Assembly: GCA_012295275.1 (NCBI GenBank)
Contig: CM022679.1
Location: 18,104,001 to 18,168,000, forward strand
DNA from: Chrysomallon squamiferum
Taxonomy: Eukaryota; Animalia; Mollusca
Direction: 5' to 3'
Length of the DNA stretch: 64,000 nucleotides
A program made the translations under genes and the position numbers. Positions 35,001-50,000 of this stretch are shown here, piece after piece. The notes under the pieces were generated by a model that saw only the letters and a list, made by a program, of their open reading frames with translations, made no database searches and was not told the origin of the DNA. Position 1 is the stretch's first letter. Each line of letters starts with the position of its first letter.

Positions 35001-38000
35001 TTTTGTGCGTGATTCTGTTTATTGAGAAGAGACGAACACACGTCGGAGCCGCTCGCACTCCGAAACTTTCAATCGGATAAACACATAACAGACAGCATTG
35101 AATGCGTTCAGTTCTCAACCAGCTCTTTAAACGCTGTTAAGGGTTAATCATTAGATCAGATTTTGATGACCTGGTGGGTATGTGCGTTTATTGACAAGAG
35201 ACGAACACATCTCGCAACCGCTCGCACTCCGAAACTTTCAATCGTACACACACATAACAGACAGCATTGAATGCGTTCAGTTCTCAACCAGCTCTTTAAA
35301 CGCTGTTAAGGGTTAACCACTAGATCTGATTTTGATGAGCTGGTGGGTGTGTGCGTTTATTGACAAGAGACGAACACATCTCGCAAACGCTCGCACGCCG
35401 AAACTTCCAATCGTATGCACAGGTAACAGACAGCATTGAATGCGTTCAGTTCTCAACCAGCTCTTTGAACGCTGTTAAGGGTTAATCATTACATCTGATT
35501 TCGATGAGGTAGTGCGTGTTTCTATTTATTTTGAAGAGACGAACACACCTCGCAACCGCTCGCACTCCGAAACTTTCAATCGTACACACACATAACAGAC
35601 AGCATTGAATGCGTTCAGTTCTCAACTAGCCCCTTAAACGCTGTTAAGGGTTAATCATTACATCTGATATCCATCATGTTGTGCGTCATTCTGTTTATTG
35701 AGAAGAGACGAACACACGTCGGAGCCGCTCGCACTCCGAAACTTTCAATCGGATAAACACATAACAGACAGCATTGAATGCGTTCAGTACTTAACCAGAC
35801 CCTTAATCGCTTTTAAGGGTTAATCATTACATCTGATATACATCACGTAGTGGGTGTTTCTGTTCATTGAGATGAGAGGAACACACCTCGCAACCGCTCG
35901 CACTCCGAAACTTTCAATCGTATGCACACGTAACAGACAGCATTGAATGCGTTCAGTTCTCAACCAGCCCCTTAAACGCTGTTAAGGGTTAATCATTACA
36001 TCTGATTTCCATGATTTTGTGCGTGATTCTGTTTATTGAGAAGAGACGAACACACGTCGGAGCCGCTCGCACTCCGAAACTTTCAATCGGATAAACACAT
36101 AACAGACAGCATTGAATGCGTTCAGTTCTCAACCAGCTCTTTAAACGCTGTTAAGGGTTAATCATTAGATCAGATTTTGATGACCTGGTGGGTATGTGCG
36201 TTTATTGACAAGAGACGAACACATCTCGCAACCGCTCGCACTCCGAAACTTTCAATCGTACACACACATAACAGACAGCATTGAATGCGTTCAGTTCTCA
36301 ACCAGCCCCTTAAACGCTGTTAAGGGTTAATCATTACATCTGATTTCCATGATTTTGTGCGTGATTCTGTTTATTGAGAAGAGACGAACACACGTCGGAG
36401 CCGCTCGCACTCCGAAACTTTCAATCGGATAAACACATAACAGACAGCATTGAATGCGTTCAGATCTCAACCAGCTCTTTAAACGCTGTTAAGGGTTAAT
36501 CATTAGATCAGATTTTGATGAGATGGTGGGTATGTGCGTTTAGTGAGAACAGACGAACACATCTCGCAACCGCTCGCACTCCGAAACTTCCAATCGTATG
36601 CACAGGTAACAGACAGCATTGAATGCGTTCAGTTCTCAACTAGCCCCTTAAACGCTGTTAAGGGTTAATCATTACATCTGATTTCGATGAGGTAGTGCGT
36701 GTTTCTATTTATTTTGAAGAGACGAACACACCTCGCAACCGCTCGCACTCCGAAACTTTCAATCGTACACACACATAACAGACAGCATTGAATGCGTTCA
36801 GTTCTCAACTAGCCCCTTAAACGCTGTTAAGGGTTAATCATTAGATCTGATTTCCATGAGGTAGTGCGTGATTCTGTTTCTTGAGAAGAGACCAACACAC
36901 GTTGGAGCCGCTCGCACTCCGAAACTTTCAATCGAATACACACGTAACAGACAGCATTGAATGCGTTCGGTTCTCAACTAGCCCCTTAAACGCTGTTAAG
37001 GGTTAATCATTAGATCAGATTTTGATGACCTGGTGGGTATGTGCGTTTATTGACAAGAGACGAACACATCTCGCAACCGCTCGCACTCCGAAACTTTCAA
37101 TTGTACACACACATAACAGACAGCATTGAATGCGTTCAGTTCTCAACTAGCCCCTTAAACGCTGTTAAGGGTTAATCATTACATCTGATATCCATCATGT
37201 TGTGCGTCATGCTGTTTATTGAGAAGAGACGAACACACCTCGCAACCGCTCGCACTCCGAAACTTTCAATCGTATGCACACGTAACAGACAGCATTGAAT
37301 GCGTTCAGTTCTCAACCAGCCCCTTAAACGCTGTTAAGGGTTAATCATTACATCTGATTTCCATGATTTTGTGCGTGATTCTGTTTATTGAGAAGAGACG
37401 AACACACGTCGGAGCCGCTCGCACTCCGAAACTTTCAATCGGATAAACACATAACAGACAGCATTGAATGCGTTCAGTTCTCAACCAGCTCTTTAAACGC
37501 TGTTAAGGGTTAATCATTAGATCAGATTTTGATGACCTGGTGGGTATGTGCGTTTATTGACAAGAGACGAACACATCTCGCAACCGCTCACACTCCGAAA
37601 CTTTCAATCGTATGCACACGTAACAGACAGCATTGAATGCGTTCAGTTCTCAACCAGCTGTTTAAACGCTGTTAAGGGTTAATCATTAGATCTGATTTCC
37701 ATGATGTTGTGCGTGATTCTGTTTATTGAGAAGAGACGAACACACGTCGGAGCCGCTCGCACTCCGAAACTTTCAATCGAATACACACGTAACAGACAGC
37801 ATTGAATGCGTTCAGTTCTCAACCAGCTCTTTAAACGCTGTTAAGGGTTAATCATTAGATCTGATTTCGATGAGGTAGTGCGTGATTCTGTTTATTGAGA
37901 AGAGACGAACACATCTCGCAACCGCTCGCACTCCGAAACTTTCAATCGTATGCACAGGTAACAGACAGCATTGAATGCGTTCAGTTCTCAACCAGCTCTT

Positions 38001-41000
38001 TAAACGCTGTTAAGGGTTAATCATTACATCTGATTTCGATGAGGTAGTGCGTGTTTCTATTTATTTTGAAGAGACGAACACACCTCGCAACCGCTCGCAC
38101 TCCGAAACTTTCAATCGTACACACACATAACAGACAGCATTGAATGCGTTCAGTTCTCAACCAGCCCCTTAAACGCTGTTAAGGGTTAATCATTACATCT
38201 GATATCCATCATGTTGTGCGTCATTCTGTTTATTGAGAAGAGACGAACACACGTCGGAGCCGCTCGCACTCCGAAACTTTCAATCGGATAAACACATAAC
38301 AGACAGCATTGAATGCGTTCAGTTCTCAACCAGCCCTTTAAACGCTTTTAAGGGTTAATCATTACATCTGATATACATCACGTAGTGGGTGTTTCTGTTC
38401 ATTGAGATGAGAGGAACACACCTCGCAACCGCTCGCACTCCGAAACTTTCAATCGTATGCACACGTAACAGACAGCATTGAATGCGTTCAGTTCTCAACC
38501 AGCTGTTTAAACGCTGTTAAGGGTTAATCATTACATCTGATTTCCATGATTTTGTGCGTGATTCTGTTTATTGAGAAGAGACGAACACACGTCGGAGCCG
38601 CTCGCACTCCGAAACTTTCAATCGGATAAACACATAACAGACAGCATTGAATGCGTTCAGTTCTCAACCAGCTCTTTAAACGCTGTTAAGGGTTAATCAT
38701 TAGATCTGATTTTGATGACCTGGTGCGTGTTTCTGTTTATTGACAAGAGACGAACACATCTCGCAACCGCTCGCACTCCGAAACTTTCAATCGTATACAC
38801 ACACATAACAGACAGCATTGAATGCGTTCAGTTCTCAACCAGCCCTTTAAACGCTGTTAAGGGTTAATCATTACATCTGATTTCCATGATGTTGTGCGTG
38901 ATTCTGTTTATTGAGAAGAGACGAACACACGTCGGAGCCGCTCGCACTCCGAAACTTTCAATCGGATACACACATAACAGACAGCATTGAATGCGTTCAG
39001 TTCTCAACCAGCTCTTTAAACGCTGTTAAGGGTTAATCATTAGATCTGATTTTGATGATGGTTGTGCGTGATTCTGTTTATTGAGAAGAGACGAACACAC
39101 GTCGCAACCGCTCGCACTCCGAAACTTTCAATCGTATGCACAGGTAACAGACAGCATTGAATGCGTTCAGTTCTCAACCCAGCCTTTAAACGCTGTTAAG
39201 GGTTAATCATTACATCTGATTTCGATGAGGTAGTGCGTGTTTCTGTTTATTGAGAAGAGACGAACACACCTCGCAACCGCTCGCACTCCGAAACTTTCAA
39301 TCGTATATGCACACATAACAGACAGCATTGAATGCGTTCAGTTCTCAACCAGCCCTTTAAACGCTGTTAAGGGTTAATCATTAGATCTGATTTCCATGAT
39401 GTTGTGCGTGATTCTGTTTATTGAGAAGAGACGAACACACGTCGGAGCCGCTCGCACTCCGAAACTTTCAATCGGATACACACGTAACAGACAGCATTGA
39501 ATGCGTTCTGTTCTCAACCAGCTCTTTAAACGCTGTTAAGGGTTAATCATTAGATCTGATTTTGATGATGTGGTGGGTGCGTGATTCTGTTTATTGAGAA
39601 GAGACGAACACACCTCGCAACCGCTCGCACTCCGAAACTTTCAATCGTATACACACATAACAGACAGCATTGAATGCGTTCAGTTCTCAACCAGCCCCTT
39701 AAACGCTGTTAAGGGTTAATCATTACATCTGATTTCCATGATGTTGTGCGTGATTCTGTTTATTGAGAAGAGACGAACACACCTCGCAACCGCTCGCACT
39801 CCGAAACTTTCAATCGTATGCACACGTAACAGACAGCATTGAATGCGTTCAGTTCTCAACCAGCCCCTTAAACGCTGTTAAGGGTTAATCATTACATCTG
39901 ATTTCCATGATTTTGTGCGTGATTCTGTTTATTGAGAAGAGACGAACACACGTCGGAGCCGCTCGCACTCCGAAACTTTCAATCGGATGCACACATAACA
40001 GACAGCATTGAATGCGTTCAGTTCTCAACCAGCTCTTTAAACGCTGTTAAGGGTTAATCATTAGATCTGATTTCCATGATGTTGTGCGTGTTTCTTCGTT
40101 TTATTGAGAAGAGACGAACACATCTCGCAACCGCTCGCACTCCGAAACTTTCAATCGTATGCACACGTAACAGACAGCATTGAATGCGTTCAGTTCTCAA
40201 CCAGCTGTTTAAACGCTGTTAAGGGTTAATCATTACATCTGATTTCCATGATGTTGTGCGTGATTCTGTTTATTGACAAGAGACGAACACACGTCGGAGC
40301 CGCTCGCACTCCGAAACTTTCAATCGTATACACACGTAACAGACAGCATTGAATGCGTTCTGTTCTCAACCAGCTGTTTAAACGCTGTTAAGGGTTAATC
40401 ATTACATCTGATTTCCATGATGTTGTGCGTGTTTCTGTTTATTGAGAAGAGACGAACACACCTCGCAACCGCTCGCACTCCGAAACTTTCAATCGTATAC
40501 ACACATAACAGACAGCATTGAATGCGTTCAGTTCTCAACCAGCTGTTTAAACGCTGTTAAGGGTTAATCATTACATCTGATTTCCATGATGTTGTGCGTG
40601 ATTCTGTTTATTGAGAAGAGACGAACACACGTCGGAGCCGCTCGCACTCCGAAACTTTCAATCGGATTCACACATAACAGACAGCATTGAATGCGTTCTG
40701 TTCTCAACCAGCTCTTTAAACGCTGTTAAGGGTTAATCATTACATCTGATTTCCATGAGGTAGTGCGTGTTTCTGTTTATTGAGAAGAGACGAACACACC
40801 TCGCAACCGCTCGCACTCCGAAACTTTCAATCGTATGCACACGTAACAGACAGCATTGAATGCGTTCTGTTTTCAACCAGCTCTTTAAACGCTGTTAAGG
40901 GTTAATCATTACATCTGATTTCCATGATGATTGTGCGTGATTCTGTTTATTGAGAAGAGACGAACACACGTCGGAGCCGCTCGCACTCCGAAACTTTCAA

Positions 41001-44000
41001 TCGGATGCACACGTAACAGACAGCATTGAATGCGTTCAGTTCTCAACCAGCTGTTTAAACCCTGTTAAGGGTTAATCATTAGATCTGATTTCCATGATGA
41101 TTGTGCGTGATTCTGTTGTTTATTGAGAAGAGACGAACACACCTCGCGGAAACCGCTCGCACTCCGAAACTTTCAATCGTATGCACACATAACAGACAGC
41201 ATTGAATGCGTTCTGTTCTCAACCAGCTCTTTAAACGCTGTTAAGGGTTAATCATTAGATCTGATTTGATGATGATGTGGTGCGTGATTCTGTTTATTGA
41301 GAAGAGACGAACACACGTCGCAAACCGCTCGCACTCCGAAACTTTCAATCGTATGCACACGTAACAGACAGCATTGAATGCGTTCAGTTCTCAACCAGCT
41401 GTCTTTAAACCCTGTTAAGGGTTAATCATTACATCTGATTTCATGATGAGGTAGTGCGTGTTTCTGTTTATTGAGAAGAGACGAACACACCTCGCAACCG
41501 CTCGCACTCCGAAACTTCCAATCGTATGCACACGTAACAGACAGCATTGAATGCGTTCTGTTCTCAACCAGCTGTTTAAACCCTGTTAAGGGTTAATCAT
41601 TACATCTGATTTCCATGATGTTGTGCGTGATTCTGTTTATTGAGAAGAGACGAACACACGTCGGAGCCGCTCGCACTCCGAAACTTTCAATCGGATACAC
41701 ACATAACAGACAGCATTGAATGCGTTCAGTTTTCAACCAGAACCCTTTAAACGCTGTTAAGGGTTAATCATTACATCTGATTTCGATGAGGTAGTGCGTG
41801 TTTCTGTTTATTGAGAAGAGACGAACACACCTCGCAACCGCTCGCACTCCGAAACTTTCAATCGTATGCACACGTAACAGACAGCATTGAATGCGTTCTG
41901 GTTTGAAACAGGTCTTTAAACGCTGTTAAGGGTTAATCATTACATCTGATTTCGATGAGGTAGTGCGTGTGTCTGTTTATTGAGAAGAGACGAACACACG
42001 TCGGAGCCGCTCGCACTGCGAAACTTTCAATCGGATTCACACGTAACAGACAGCATTGAATGCGTTCAGTTCTCAACCAGCTCTTTAAACCCTGTTAAGG
42101 GTTAATCATTAGATCTGATTTCCATGATGCTGTGCGTGATTCTGTTTATTGAGAAGAGACGAACACACCTCGCAGCCGCTCGCACTCCGAAACTTCCAAT
42201 CGTATGCACACGTAACAGACAGCATTGAATGCGTTCTGTTCTCAACCAGCTGTTTAAACCCTGTTAAGGGTTAATCATTAGATCTGATTTCCATGATGTT
42301 GTGCGTGATTCTGTTTATTGAGAAGAGACGAACACACGTCGGAGCCGCTCGCACTCCGAAACTTTCAATCGGATTCACACATAACAGACAGCATTGAATG
42401 CGTTCTGTTCTCAACCAGCTGTTTAAACCCTGTTAAGGGTTAATCATTACATCTGATTTCCATGATGTTGTGCGTGATTCTGTTTATTGAGAAGAGACGA
42501 ACACACGTCGGAGCCGCTCGCACTCCGAAACTTTCAATCGGATTCACACATAACAGACAGCATTGAATGCGTTCTGTTTTCAAGCAGGTCTTTAAACGCT
42601 GTTAAGGGTTAATCATTACATCTGATTTCCATGATGTTGTGCGTGTTTCTGTTTATTGAGAAGAGACGAACACACCTCGCAACCGCTCGCACTCCGAAAC
42701 TTCCAATCGAATGCACACGTAACAGACAGCATTGAATGCGTTCAGTTCTCAACCAGCTGTTTAAACCCTGTTAAGGGTTAATCATTACCTCTGATTTCCA
42801 TGATGCTGTGCGTGATACTGTTTATTGACAAGAGACGAACACACGTCGGAGCCGCTCGCACTCCGAAACTTCCAATCGTATGCACACGTAACAGACAGCA
42901 TTGAATGCGTTCTGTTCTCAACCAGCTGTTTAAACCCTGTTAAGGGTTAATCATTACATCTGATTTCCATGAGGTAGTGCGTGTTTCTGTTTATTGAGAT
43001 GAGACGAACACACCTCGCAATCGCTCGCACTCCGAAACTTTCAATCGTATACACACGTAACAGACAGCATTGAATGCGTTCTGTTCCCAACCAGCTGTTT
43101 AAACCCTGTTAAGGGTTAATCATTACCTCTGATTTCCATGATGTTGTGCGTGATTCTGTTTATTGAGAAGAGACGAACACACGTCGGAGCCGCTCGCACT
43201 GCGAAACTTTCAATCGGATTCACACATAACAGACAGCATTGAATGCGTTCTGGTTTCAAGCAGGTCTTTAAACGCTGTTAAGGGTTAATCATTACATCTG
43301 ATTTCGATGAGGTAGTGCGTGTTTCTGTTTATTGAGAAGAGACGAACACACCTCGCAATCGCTCGCACTCCGAAACTTCCAATCGTATGCACACGTAACA
43401 GACAGCATTGAATGCGTTCAGTTCTCAACCAGCTGTTTAAACCCTGTTAAGGGTTAATCATTACATCTGATTTCCATGATGTTGTGCGTGATTCTGTTTA
43501 TTGAGAAGAGACGAACACACGTCGGAGCCGCTCGCACTCCGAAACTTTCAATCGGATTCACACATAACAGACAGCATTGAATGCGTTCTGTTCTCAACCA
43601 GCTGTTTAAACCCTGTTAAGGGTTAATCATTACATCTGATTTCGATGAGGTAGTGCGTGTTTCTGTTTATTGAGAAGAGACGAACACACCTCGCAATCGC
43701 TCGCACTCCGAAAGTTTCAATCGGATACACACATAACAGACAGCATTGAATGCGTTCTGTTCCCAACCAGCTGTTTAAACCCTGTTAAGGGTTAATCATT
43801 ATCTCTGATTTCCATGATGTTGTGCGTGATTCTGTTTATTGAGAAGAGACGAACACACGTCGGAGCCGCTCGCACTCCGAAACTTCCAATCGTATGCACA
43901 CGTAACAGACAGCATTGAATGCGTTCTGTTTTCAACCAGCTCTTTAAACCCTGTTAAGGGTTAATCATTACCTCTGATTTCCATGATGTTGTGCGTGATT

Positions 44001-47000
44001 CTGTTTATTGAGAAGAGACGAACACACGTCGGAGCCGCTCGCACTGCGAAACTTTCAATCGGATTCACACATAACAGACAGCATTGAATGCGTTCTGTTT
44101 TCAAGCAGGTCTTTAAACGCTGTTAAGGGTTAATCATTACATCTGATTTCGATGAGGTAGTGCGTGTTTCTGTTTATTGAGAAGAGACGAACACACCTCG
44201 CAATCGCTCGCACTCCGAAACTTCCAATCGTATGCACACGTAACAGACAGCATTGAATGCGTTCAGTTCTCAACCAGCTGTTTAAACCCTGTTAAGGGTT
44301 AATCATTACCTCTGATTTCCATGATGTTGTGCGTGATTCTGTTTATTGAGAAGAGACGAACACACGTCGGAGCCGCTCGCACTCCGAAACTTCCAATCGT
44401 ATGCACACGTAACAGACAGCATTGAATGCGTTCTGTTCTCAACCAGCTGTTTAAACCCTGTTAAGGGTTAATCATTACATCTGATTTCCATGATGTTGTG
44501 CGTGTTTCTGTTTATTGAGAAGAGACGAACACACGTCGGAGTCGCTCGCACTCCGAAACTTTCAATCGGATGCACACGTAACAGACAGCATTGAATGCGT
44601 TCTGTTTTCAACCAGCTCTTTAAACGCTGTTAAGGGTTAATCATTACATCTGATTTCCATGAGGTAGTGCGTGTTTCTGTTTATTGAGATGAGACGAACA
44701 CACCTCGCAATCGCTCGCACTCCGAAACTTCCAATCGTATGCACACGTAACAGACAGCATTGAATGCGTTCTGTTCTCAACCAGCTGTTTAAACCCTGTT
44801 AAGGGTTAATCATTACCTCTGATTTCCATAATGTTGTGCGTGATTCTGTTTATTGAGAAGAGACGAACACACGTCGGAGTCGCTCGCACTCCGAAACTTT
44901 CAATCGGATACACACATAACAGACACCATTGCATAAGTTCAGTTCTCAAGCAGGCATTTAAACGCTTTTAAGGGTTAATCATTACCTCTGATTTCCATAA
45001 AGTTGTGCGTGATTCTGTTTATTGAGAAGAGACAAACACACCTCGCAATCGCTCGCACTCCGAAACTTCCAATCGTATGCACACGTAAGAGACAGCATTG
45101 AATGCGTTCAGTTCTCAACCAGCTCTTTAAACGCTGTTAAGGGTTAATCATTAGATCTGGTTTCCATGAGGTAGTGCGTGTTTCTGTTTATTGAGATGAG
45201 ACGAACACACCTCGCAAGCGCTGGCACTCCGAAACTTCCAATCGTATGCACACGTAACAGACAGCATTGAATGCGTTCTGTTTTCAAGCAGGTCTTTAAA
45301 CGCTGTTAAGGGTTAATCATTACCTCTGATTTCCATGATGCTGTGCGTGATACTGTTTATTGACAAGAGACGAACACACGGCGCACTCCGAAACTTCCAA
45401 TCGTATGCACACGTAACAGACAGCATTGAATGCGTTCAGTTCTCAACCAGCTGTTTAAACCCTGTTAAGGTTTAATCATTAGATCTGATTTCCATGAGAT
45501 AGTGCGTGTTTCTGTTGATTGAGATGAGACGAACACACCTCGGAATCGCTCGCACTCCGAAACTTTCAATCGTATGCACACATAATAGACAGCATCGAAT
45601 GCGTTCTGTTTTCAAGGTGGTCTTTAAACGCTGTTAAGGGTTAATCATTAGATCTGATTTTGATGAGCTGGTGGGTATGTGTGTTTATTGAAAAGAGAGG
45701 AACACATCACGCAACCGCTCGCACTCCGGAACCTCCAATCGTATGCACACGTAAGAGACAGCATTCAATGCGTTCAGTTGTCAACCAGCTGTTTAAACCC
45801 TGTTAAGGGTTAATCATTAGATCTGGTTTCCATGAGGAAGTGCGTGTTTCTGTTTATTGAGAAGAGACGAACTCACCTCGCAATCGTTCGCACTTCGAAA
45901 CTTCCAATCGTATGCACACGTAACACACACCATTGCATAAGTTCAGTTCTCAAGCAGCTGTTTAAACCCTGTTAAGGGTTAATCATTACGTCTGATTTCC
46001 ATGATGCTGTGCGTGATACTGTTTATTGACAAGAGACGAACACACGTCGGAGCCGCTCGCACTCCGAAACTTTCAATCGGATACACACGTAACAGACACC
46101 ATTGCATAAGTTCAGTTCTCAAGCAGGCCTTTAAACGCTGTTAAGGGTTAACCATTACATCTGATTTCGATGAGGTAGTGCGTGTGTCTGTTTATTGTGA
46201 TGAGACGAACACACCTCGCAACCGCTCGGACTCCGAAACTTTCAATGTTATACCCACGTAACACACAGCATTGAATGCGTTCTGTTTTCAAGCAGGTCTT
46301 TAAACGCTCTTAAGGGTTAATCATTACATCTGATTTCCATGATGTTGTGCGTGATTGTGTTTATTCAGAAGAGAAGTACACATCTCGCAACCGCTCGCAC
46401 TCCGAAACTTCCAATCGAATGCACACGTAACAGACAGCATTGAATGCGTTCAGTTCTCAACCAGCTGTTTAAACCCTGTTAAGGGTTAATCATTACCTCT
46501 GATTTCCATGCTGCTGTGCGTGATACTGTCTATTCACAAGAGACGAACACACGTCGAAGCCGCTCGCACTCCGAAACTTCCAATCGTATGCACACGTAAC
46601 AGACAGCATTGAATGCGATCTGTTCCCAACCGGCTTTTTAAACCCTGTTAAGGGTTAATCATTAGATCTGATTTCCATGAGATAGTGCGTGTTTCTGTTG
46701 ATTGACATGAGACGAACACACCTCGCAATCGCTCGCACTCCGAAAGTGTCAATCGGATACACACATAACAGACAGCATTGAATGCGTTCTGTTCCCAACC
46801 AGCTGTTTAAACCCTGTTAAGGGTTAATCATTATCTCTGATTTCCATGATGTTGTGCGTAATGCTGTTTATTGAGAAGAGACGAACACACGTCGGAGCCG
46901 CTCGCACTGCGAAACTTTCAATCGGATTCACACATAACAGACAGCATTGAATGCGTTCTGTTTTCAAGCAGGTCTTTAAACGCTCTTAAGGGTTAATCAT

Positions 47001-50000
47001 TACATCTGATTTCCATGATGTTGTGCGTGATTGTGTTTATTCAGAAGAGAAGTACACATCTCGCAACCGCTCGCACTCCGAAACTTCCAATCGAATGCAC
47101 ACGTAACAGACAGCATTGAATGCGTTCAGTTCTCAACCAGCTGTTTAAACCCTGTTAAGGGTTAATCATTACCTCTGATTTCCATGCTGCTGTGCGTGAT
47201 ACTGTTTATTGACAAGAGACGAACACACGTCGAAGCCGCTCGCACTCCGAAACTTCCAATCGTATGCACACGTAACAGACAGCATTGAATGCGTTCTGTT
47301 CCCAACCGGCTGTTTAAACCCTGTTAAGGGTTAATCATTAGATCTGATTTCCATGAGATAGTGCGTGTTTCTGTTGATTGAGATGAGACGAACACACCTC
47401 GCAATCGCTCGCACTTCGAAACTTCCAATCGTATGCACACGTAACAGACAGCATTGAATGCGTTCTGTTTTCAACCAGGTCTTTAAACGCTGTTAAGGGT
47501 TAATCATTACCTCTGATTTCCATGATGCTGTGCGTGATACTGTTTATTGACAAGAGACGAACACACGTCGGAGCCGCTCGCACTCCGAAACTTCCAATCG
47601 TATGCACACGTAACAGACAGCATTGAATGCGTTCTGTTCCCAACGAGCTGTTTAAACCCTGTTAAGGGTTAATCATTACCTCTGATTTCCATGATGTTGT
47701 GCGTGATTCTGTTTATTGAGAAGAGACGAACACACGTCGGAGTCGCTCGCACTCCGAAACTTTCAATCGGATTCACACATAACAGACAGCATTGAATGCG
47801 TTCGTTCTGTTTCAAGCAGGTCTTTAAACGCTGTTAAGGGTTAATCATTACATCTGATTTCGATGAGGTAGTGCGTGTTTCTGTTTATTGAGATGAGACG
47901 AACACACCTCGCAAGCGCTCGCACTCCGAAACTTCCAATCGTATGCACACGTAACAGACAGCATTGAATGCGTTCTGTTCCCAACCAGCTGTTTAAACCC
48001 TGTTAAGGGTTAATCATTACCTCTGATTTCCATAATGTTGTGCGTGATTCTGTTTATTGAGAAGAGACGAACACACGTCGGAGTCGCTCGCACTGCGAAA
48101 CTTTCAATCGGATACACACATAACAGACAGCATTGAATGCGTTCTGGTTTCAAGCAGGTCTTTAAACGCTATTAAGGGTTAATCATTACATCTGATTTCG
48201 ATGAGGTAGTGCGTGTTTCTGTTGATTGAGAAGAGACGAACACACCTCGCAATCGCTCGCACTCCGAAACTTCCAATCGTATGCACACGTAACAGACAGC
48301 ATTGAATGCGTTCAGTTCTCATCCAGCTGTTTAAACCCTGTTAAGGGTTAATCATTACATCTGATTTCCATGATGTTGTGCGTGATTCTGTTTATTGAGA
48401 AGAGACGAACACACGTCGGAGTCGCTCGCACTCCGAAACTTTCAATCGGATTCACACATAACAGACAGCATTGAATGCGTTCTGGTTTTCAAGCAGGTCT
48501 TTAAACGCTGTTAAGGGTTAATCATTACATCTGATTTCGATGAGGTAGTGCGTGTTTCTGTTTATTGAGAAGAGACGAACACACCTCGCAATCGCTCGCA
48601 CTCCGAAACTTCCAATCGTATGCACACGTAACAGACAGCATTGAATGCGTTCAGTTCTCAACCAGCTCTTTAAACGCTGTTAAGGGTTAATCATTAGATC
48701 TGATTTCCATGATGTTGTGCGTGTTTCTGTTTATTGAGATGAGACGAACACACCTCGCAAGCGCTCGCACTCCGAAACTTCCAATCGTATATGTACACAC
48801 GTAACAGACAGCATTGAATGCGTTCTGTTTTCAAGCAGGTCTTTAAACGCTGTTAAGGGTTAATCATTACCTCTGATTTCCATGATGCTGTGCGTGATAC
48901 TGTTTATTGACAAGAGACGAACACACGTCGGAGCCGCTCGCACTCCGAAACTTCCAATCGTATGCACACGTAACAGACAGCATTGAATGCGTTCTGTTCT
49001 CATCCAGCTGTTTCAACCCTGTTAAGGGTTAATCATTACATCTGATTTCCATGAGGTAGTGCGTGTTTCTGTTTATTGAGAAGAGACGAACACACCTCGC
49101 AATCGCTCGCACTCCGAAACTTCCAATCGTATGCACACGTAACAGACAGCATTGAATGCGTTCTGTTCCCAACCAGCTGTTTAAACCCTGTTAAGGGTTA
49201 ATCATTAGATCTGATTTCCATGAGATAGTGCGTGTTTCTCTTGATTGAGATGAGACGAACACACCTCGCAATCGCTCGCGCTCTCACTCGAAAACTTTCA
49301 ATCGGATGCACACATAACAGACAGCATTGAATGCGTTCTGTTTCTGTTAAGGGTTAATCAACCAGCTGTGTGTTTCTGTTTTTAAACCCTGTTAAGGGTT
49401 AATCATTACTCTGATTTCCATGACCCTGTTAAGGTCTGTGCGATGATGTGCGTGTTTCTGTTTATTGAGAAGAGACGAACACACGTCGGAGCCGCTCGCA
49501 CTGCGAAACTTTCAATCGGATTCACACATAACAGACAGCATTGAATGCGTTCTGGTTTTCAAGCAGGTCTTTAAACGCTGTTAAGGGTTAATCATTACAT
49601 CTGATTTCGATGAGGTAGTGCGTGTTTCTGTTTATTGAGAAGAGACGAACACACCTCGCAATCGCTCGCACTCCGAAACTTCCAATCGTATGCACACGTA
49701 ACAGACAGCATTGAATGCGTTCTGTTTTCAACCAGCTCTTTAAACGCTGTTAAGGGTTAATCATTACATCTGATTTCCATGATGTTGTGCGTGATTCTGT
49801 TTATTGAGAAGAGACGAACACACCTCGCAACCGCTCGCACTCCGAAACTTCCAATCGTATGCACACGTAACAGACAGCATTGAATGCGTTCTGTTCTCAA
49901 CCAGCTGTTTAAACCCTGTTAAGGGTTAATCATTACATCTGATTTCCATGATGTTGTGCGTGATTCTGTTTATTGAGAAGAGACGAACACACGTCGGAGC

